A stretch of 64,000 bases of DNA from a bacterium (GTDB lineage: Bacteria; Bdellovibrionota_C; UBA2361; CALJRW01): contig JANNBC010000011.1 of NCBI GenBank assembly GCA_031385045.1, positions 1 to 64,000 of the forward strand. Direction: 5' to 3'. Each line of letters opens with the position of its first letter. Positions within the stretch are counted from its first letter, which is position 1. The notes under the pieces are model-generated. The model was not told where the DNA came from, made no database searches, and saw only the letters and a list, made by a program, of their open reading frames with translations. Positions 58,690 to 64,000 of this stretch are shown piece by piece. The position numbers were made by a program, and so were the translations under genes.

Positions 58690-59754
58690 ATGATTAAATC
58701 ACTATTTCAACTGCTCCTTTGCCTAGTCATTTCAACTAACATCTTTGCTGAGGAAGCCTTTAAGATTGGAGTGATTGTTGCCCAAACAGGAGCGGCAGCA
58801 AAATATGGTAAATTCGCCAAAATGGGTCTCGAGCTAGCTAAAGAAGAGATTAACCAAGCAGGTGGTGTGGCTGGTAAACCAGTGGAATTAATCTATGAAG
58901 ACTCCCAAACTCAACCCAACAAAGCTCTTGGTGCTTTTAACAAACTCCATAATATCGATCATGTTGATGCTATCATAGGGGACGTCTGGGAATTTCTAAC
59001 TAATGCTTTTCTACCCCAAGCTGATAAGACTAAGACTCTAGTTATGTCACCCACCTCCATGCCACACTCGATCACTATTACTAGTCCCTACTTCTTTACT
59101 ATGGGGCACCACATAGAATACCTAGACTCTGCCTTTCGTTTATACTTTAAGAAACATCCCGAAATAAAAAAGATGGCACTTATTAACTGGGATAATACTT
59201 GGGGACTGGGTTACGGCAAAAAGATTAAAGAAATTATTAAAGAATTTAATATTGAATTAGTTGATGAACTTGCTACTCAAGATTGGAACACAGACATGAA
59301 ATCAGAAGTCACTAGAGTGTTACGTAAGAAACCAGATCTAATCTTCGCACCCTACCTAGGAGAACGAATCGCCAGACGTGTAAAAGAATTTAAATCTTCT
59401 ACAAAAATCTTAACAACTTTAAATATAGTAGAAAGCCTACTTGATGACAGTGCTAACAAAGAACAATTAGAAGATATTTATTTTGTTGATTTCACTGCGC
59501 CAGAAGAATACAACAAGAAATTCCAAGATCGTTTTAATGAAGTGCCACAATTTGAAAGTCACCTGAGCTACGAATCGCTTCGGAGCCTAGTTAAAGCCTA
59601 TAATCAAAATCCAGAAAATATACAGACAGGATTAAAGAGTGTGGCCTATCAAGGAGTATCTGGGAAAATTGATTTTACTAAATCAAATAATGGGAATAAT
59701 GCAGAGGCCGTTCTATATAAGATTGTGAATGGTAACGCTGAAAAAGTTAGTTAG
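58690..59754 (+). CDS. ABC transporter substrate-binding protein, branched-chain amino acid (LivJ/K) family
   Basis: Signal peptide, KIGVI..TG.AA.YG, EEINQAGGVAGKPVELIYED, GVSGKIDF. Confidence 0.88.
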   Translation: MIKSLFQLLLCLVISTNIFAEEAFKIGVIVAQTGAAAKYGKFAKMGLELAKEEINQAGGVAGKPVELIYEDSQTQPNKALGAFNKLHNIDHVDAIIGDVWEFLTNAFLPQADKTKTLVMSPTSMPHSITITSPYFFTMGHHIEYLDSAFRLYFKKHPEIKKMALINWDNTWGLGYGKKIKEIIKEFNIELVDELATQDWNTDMKSEVTRVLRKKPDLIFAPYLGERIARRVKEFKSSTKILTTLNIVESLLDDSANKEQLEDIYFVDFTAPEEYNKKFQDRFNEVPQFESHLSYESLRSLVKAYNQNPENIQTGLKSVAYQGVSGKIDFTKSNNGNNAEAVLYKIVNGNAEKVS

Positions 59755-59782
59755 CACAAAGATTCTAATAACAAATAAATTA

Positions 59783-60604
59783 TCATTCAATATAAGTTCC
59801 GATTCGCTCAGGCCTACCTATATTGAAATATATATAGGATAATTTACCTAGAATATTTTTCGCTGGAATATACGGATTATCATAATGTCTAGAATCCCTA
59901 CTGCGATCGCGATTATCACCTAACAAAAAATAACTTCCTTCGGGAACAAAATATGGCCCTGACTGCTCAGTTCCACCATCAACCCAAATGCCATAATCCA
60001 CTTTAACTGGAGCACCATTAAGAAAAACTTTAGCATCTTTCACTTCAATCTGATCTCCTGGCAGACCGATAACCCTTTTTATATTTCTTAGTGCAGACTC
60101 ATCTGCTTCAGTCTTTGGATTATCTTCTTGGGCAAAAGCTACAAAATCAAAACGCTCAATTGGGCGTGCTAAATAAAACTTTTTACTAACTACTACATAA
60201 TCTCCATCAAACAGTGTTGGAAGATTAGATTCCCCCTTAAATCGAAATGCTTCAAAACGATTCAGCATTTTATTTTCAAGGAATAAACTTGGAAGGGACA
60301 TAATCGCTCCCAATCCTAAACAAAAATACCACTTATTGTACCAGTTAAGTTTATTTTTTACTTCGCCACTCTGAAATGAGTCTGCTAAAGTGTAAATCAT
60401 AATTAGCAAAACAAGTGCACAAACTATGGCCATCCCCCAAAAATAATCTGGAAGATTGAGGTAAACTCCTATAGGAAATGCTAGATAGGCAATCAACATT
60501 AAGATTACACCTTTTTTGACTTCAGATTTATATATCTGACCCAGGCCTGGAGATAATATACTTAGAAATAATGCTACGTAACGCTTTGGCTTAAAATTAG
60601 TCAT
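59783..60604 (-). CDS. lepB: Signal peptidase I with N-terminal membrane domain
   Basis: ESNLPTL (catalytic Ser), IKRVIGLPGD (catalytic Lys), GDNRDRSRDSR. Confidence 0.88.
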   Translation of the reverse strand: MTNFKPKRYVALFLSILSPGLGQIYKSEVKKGVILMLIAYLAFPIGVYLNLPDYFWGMAIVCALVLLIMIYTLADSFQSGEVKNKLNWYNKWYFCLGLGAIMSLPSLFLENKMLNRFEAFRFKGESNLPTLFDGDYVVVSKKFYLARPIERFDFVAFAQEDNPKTEADESALRNIKRVIGLPGDQIEVKDAKVFLNGAPVKVDYGIWVDGGTEQSGPYFVPEGSYFLLGDNRDRSRDSRHYDNPYIPAKNILGKLSYIYFNIGRPERIGTYIE

Positions 60605-60637
60605 ATGAACAATGCTCTCAGTTACTACAGAATAGAT

Positions 60638-61324
60638 CTACTCAACAAACTTATACCCAACCCCATGAATAGTTAGGATATGTCTTGGCACAGTAATATT
60701 AGGTTCTATCTTCTGACGTAATTTTGCGATGTGGTTATCAACTGTTCTAGTTGTTGGATAAGAATTGTAGCCCCAGACTTCATCTAGTAATTCATCACGG
60801 GAAACTACGTCCCCTATTTTCCCGATTAGATATTTTAGCAAACGATATTCACGGGCAGATAATTCTAGTGGCTCTTCCTTTTTCTTAGCTTGATAAGCTT
60901 TGAAATCTATCGAGATGTCTCCGAACTGGTAAGTAGTAATTTCTAAGGTTTGAATTGATCGACGAAGCAAAGCTTTTACTCGAGCCAATAATTCCCTAAC
61001 TCCAAATGGCTTGGCAATATAATCATCAGCCCCCAGCTCCAATCCCAGAACCTTATCAACTTCTTCGGTCCGAGCCGTCAGCATAATAATAGGTGTAGAG
61101 TTACCCTTATTACGCAGCTCTCGGCACATTTGCATGCCGTCCATGACAGGTAACATCACATCTGTAATCACTACGTCGGGACACTCTTTTTCGATTAGAG
61201 CAATGCCTTCCTGACCATTCTCAGCTGTAAATATTTGATATCCCTCAAGTTCTAGGTTTAGAACCAAGCTAGTACGAACTGACTGGTCATCTTCAATTAA
61301 TGCGATTTTGTATTTATTAGCCAT
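60638..61324 (-). CDS. OmpR/PhoB family response regulator
   Basis: Receiver domain (IEDD, DVMLP, GADDYIAKPF) plus wHTH (TRTVDNHIAKLRQK, HGVGYKF). Confidence 0.94.
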   Translation of the reverse strand: MANKYKIALIEDDQSVRTSLVLNLELEGYQIFTAENGQEGIALIEKECPDVVITDVMLPVMDGMQMCRELRNKGNSTPIIMLTARTEEVDKVLGLELGADDYIAKPFGVRELLARVKALLRRSIQTLEITTYQFGDISIDFKAYQAKKKEEPLELSAREYRLLKYLIGKIGDVVSRDELLDEVWGYNSYPTTRTVDNHIAKLRQKIEPNITVPRHILTIHGVGYKFVE

Positions 61325-61554
61325 CTTAACTATTATTTTACAATAGTTTTAGAGAAATTGCATTAGTAGTTATTTAACTACTTAGAAATGACGCTATAAC
61401 AATCGAGCACTAGCAAAATTGACTTAAGCGTCTATTTATCTTATAAATTCCCCCCTGATAGTTTGTACTAAATGATGAAATTTCATTAGTTTAAGTAACT
61501 ATCGACTGAATTAATGCGCTTCTACAAGTTAGAAGGCTACTTAGAATAAATACA

Positions 61555-61875
61555 ATGTCTGAAAATTACGCAATTATTAAATCTGGTGCTAAGCAGTACC
61601 GAGTTCATCAAGGTGAGACCGTTATGGTTGAAAAGTTTGGTGTAGCCGTTGGTGGAACTTGCACATTTGATCAAGTTATCGCAGTTGGTAGCGCTGAAAA
61701 TCTTAAAATCGGCGAGCCACTATTAGCTGGAGCAACAGTTACTGGAACAGTTCTTCAAGCGGTTAAACAAAAGAAAACTATTTCTTTCCAACACCGTAAA
61801 AGAAAAACTCACCGTAAAAAAACTGGTCACAGACAAGAGTTAGTGGCAGTACGAATTGATTCAATTCAAGCATAA
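61555..61875 (+). CDS. rplU: 50S ribosomal protein L21
   Basis: YAIIKSGAKQYRV, GHRQ; precedes rpmA. Confidence 0.95.
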   Translation: MSENYAIIKSGAKQYRVHQGETVMVEKFGVAVGGTCTFDQVIAVGSAENLKIGEPLLAGATVTGTVLQAVKQKKTISFQHRKRKTHRKKTGHRQELVAVRIDSIQA

Positions 61876-61902
61876 TTTTTATATCATAAACAGGAGTTTA
61901 CA

Positions 61903-62160
61903 ATGGCCCATAAGAAAGCCGCAGGTAGTTCCAAGAACGGAAGAAAGACTGCGGGAAAACGTTTAGGCGTTAAAAAGTTTGGTGGTGAAGCTGTAATTGC
62001 CGGAAATATTATCATCCGTCAAAGAGGTACTAAGTTTCACGCTGGAGAGAATGTTGGAATGGGCAGTGACCATACATTATTTGCTTTAACTGATGGTGTC
62101 GTATCTTTTAAACAAGGATACAAACATTACGTTAATGTTCAGCCAGTAGTAGCTGAGTAG
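61903..62160 (+). CDS. rpmA: 50S ribosomal protein L27
   Basis: [22 protein letters not shown]. Confidence 0.98.
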   Translation: MAHKKAAGSSKNGRKTAGKRLGVKKFGGEAVIAGNIIIRQRGTKFHAGENVGMGSDHTLFALTDGVVSFKQGYKHYVNVQPVVAE

Positions 62161-62298
62161 TAAACCTATCAGGACGAACGCATAGTTCGTCCTGACAAAA
62201 TCCCCTCCCCCCTTAACTTCTCAAACCTCAAACACACAAAATAATCTGATTAATCAGATAAAAATTTCCATATATTAGAAAGACAAAATAATCAGAAG

Positions 62299-63303
62299 AT
62301 GAAATTTATTGACGAAACAATTATTGATGTAGCTTCAGGCAATGGCGGTGCCGGCTCGCGTAGTTTTCGTCGTGAAAAATTTGTACCGATGGGTGGGCCA
62401 GATGGTGGAAACGGTGGTCGCGGTGGTTCTGTGATTGTAATTGCCGATAAAAATATCCAGACCCTGATTGATTTTAAATTTAAACCGCTTTGGCGCGCCG
62501 ATCATGGGAAATCTGGTTCAGGACGTAGGAAAGACGGGCTTTCTGGTCAAGATCTTGTAATCAAACTACCAGTTGGAACAGAAATTTTTAATAACGCCAC
62601 GCAAGAACTTGTTTGTGACCTAACAGAAGAGGGACAAGAAGTTGTGATTGCCAAAGGTGGTCGTGGTGGCAAAGGAAATGTATTTTTCAAATCAGCTACT
62701 AACCAAGCACCAACCCATGCCCAAGCAGGTGAGCCCGGAGAAAACTTTCGCTTCAAACTTAACTTAAAACTTGTAGCAGACGTGGGAATTGTAGGATTTC
62801 CTAATGCTGGCAAATCAACCTTAATTTCTAAAGTTTCTGCCGCCAAGCCAAAGATATCAGATTATCCTTTTACAACACTCACTCCCAACTTAGGAGTTGT
62901 CCAAGGTAAATTTAGAAACTTTGTAATTGCTGATATCCCTGGATTAATTCCGGGAGCTAGCGAAGGTAAAGGGTTAGGTTTTAAATTTTTAAAACACGTA
63001 GAGCGTACTAAAGTCTTATTATTTTTAGTTGATCCCTTTGCCCTCGATGAGCATGGAGAGCAGATTTCAGCCTGGGATAATTACAACCAATTAAGTCATG
63101 AATTAACAAATTTCAGCGAATGGATGGAGAGCAAGAAAAAAATTATTGCTATTAGTAAATCTGAAACAATTGCCCAAGAAGAAGAACGTACGGCTATAGA
63201 ACAGATCTTTAAGGATAATAATCAAGAGGTCCATTTTATTTCCAGTTTAACTGCCGAGGGTCTGCCAGACCTACTACTTAATATTGAAAAAATACTTGCT
63301 TGA
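62299..63303 (+). CDS. obgE: GTPase ObgE
   Basis: FRREKFVPMGGPDGG, GFPNAGKST, YPFTTL, DIPGLI. Confidence 0.97.
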   Translation: MKFIDETIIDVASGNGGAGSRSFRREKFVPMGGPDGGNGGRGGSVIVIADKNIQTLIDFKFKPLWRADHGKSGSGRRKDGLSGQDLVIKLPVGTEIFNNATQELVCDLTEEGQEVVIAKGGRGGKGNVFFKSATNQAPTHAQAGEPGENFRFKLNLKLVADVGIVGFPNAGKSTLISKVSAAKPKISDYPFTTLTPNLGVVQGKFRNFVIADIPGLIPGASEGKGLGFKFLKHVERTKVLLFLVDPFALDEHGEQISAWDNYNQLSHELTNFSEWMESKKKIIAISKSETIAQEEERTAIEQIFKDNNQEVHFISSLTAEGLPDLLLNIEKILA

Positions 63304-63338
63304 GACAATCGCACCGTTTATAATTAAAACATAACCTA

Positions 63339-63710
63339 ATGAATAACTCTTTAATCAATCAAATTATCACCTCTGCTTCGGACAGCAAATCAATTAACCC
63401 GATTGCCTTTGACGTCAGAGGCCTTGTTGATTATACAGAAACTATCATTGTCCTTAGTGGACGCTCAGACCGGCATACTATTGGTATCGCTAATCGCATC
63501 ATCGAAGATTTAAGTAAGCATAAAATTAAACCCAAGTATCTAGAGGGATATGATAAAGGCCATTGGATCTTAATCGATTTCTTTGATGTTGTTGTGCATG
63601 TATTTTACGAGCCAACTAGAGAGATTTATAACCTAGAAGCCTTGTTCCATCGCGCAAAAGTTATTAACCTCAGTAAAATTATTGATAATTCTAAAAAAGA
63701 AGCAGCTTAA
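63339..63710 (+). CDS. rsfS: Ribosome silencing factor RsfS
   Basis: SGRSDRH, WILIDFFDVVVHVF, REIYNLE. Confidence 0.93.
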   Translation: MNNSLINQIITSASDSKSINPIAFDVRGLVDYTETIIVLSGRSDRHTIGIANRIIEDLSKHKIKPKYLEGYDKGHWILIDFFDVVVHVFYEPTREIYNLEALFHRAKVINLSKIIDNSKKEAA

Positions 63711-64000
63711 AGCGACTCCCTGCTGTTTTCAAAATTGCGCCAAGCTTGTGGGTTTAGGTCAGGCAGAGTAATATCCTTTTGGTACTAATTAATCCTAGTT
63801 AATAAAGCAGTGAACCCGACTAAGATCTACGTTTTAATCGGGCATCTTCTTTCGGTTTCACTAAAATTATCCTTAGTTACCTTTCCACTTCTCACTCATT
63901 TAAGTGAGCTTTTAAGTACCTAAGAACTAAATGTTTTATTCCCCTTTTCATCTGAGCACCCAACAAAGAAATTCGTGTTTAGGGTTTTTAATTTCTAAAA

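Noticed and set aside
62169..62195. Hairpin tcaggacgaac-gcata-gttcgtcctga after rpmA as an intrinsic terminator
   Set aside because: The 11-bp stem is real but has no U-tract on the + strand, and obgE follows in the usual operon; its function cannot be assigned.
62244..62259. 16-bp palindrome atctgattaatcagat upstream of obgE
   Set aside because: AT-rich single occurrence with no regulator to link it to.
63707..64000. Possible minus-strand gene remnant or stop-codon readthrough at the window end
   Set aside because: The frames examined are interrupted by stops, no motif is recognisable, and other genes end normally at TAG and TGA, so there is no support for recoding.

Overview
AT-rich bacterial chromosomal window. 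The gene content (scpAB, zinc-ribbon/DUF3426, a delta-type TonB protein, an ECF operon) resembles a Deltaproteobacteria/Bdellovibrionota-like lineage; that assignment is inference. The housekeeping backbone comprises rlmB, tatA, rluB, scpAB, rne/rng, comEC, uvrBC, leucine dehydrogenase, tRNA-fMet, gcvPHT/ald/folD, minCDE, pgpA, an RNase II-family gene, polA, lepB and rplU-rpmA-obgE-rsfS. Interspersed are small toxin-antitoxin or defence-like modules: three AAA_14/DUF4143 ATPase-nucleases, a zeta-like ATPase pair, VapBC, a decayed DUF4258 toxin with an intact HTH partner, and a nucleotidyltransferase pair. Four things stand out. (1) A stand-alone, intact traF-(split traH?)-traG-like operon (20430-26510) has no other conjugation or integrase genes, suggesting a domesticated F-type T4SS part. 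(2) Three large orphan proteins without signal peptides (41213-50845), two of them full-length paralogs, look effector-like. (3) A dispersed REP-like repeat family has two copies abutting 22-23 bp perfect hairpins, and a separate MITE-like element is also present. (4) Accessory genes repeatedly have near-leaderless promoters covered by palindromes. All calls come from motif reading only; no database searches were run.
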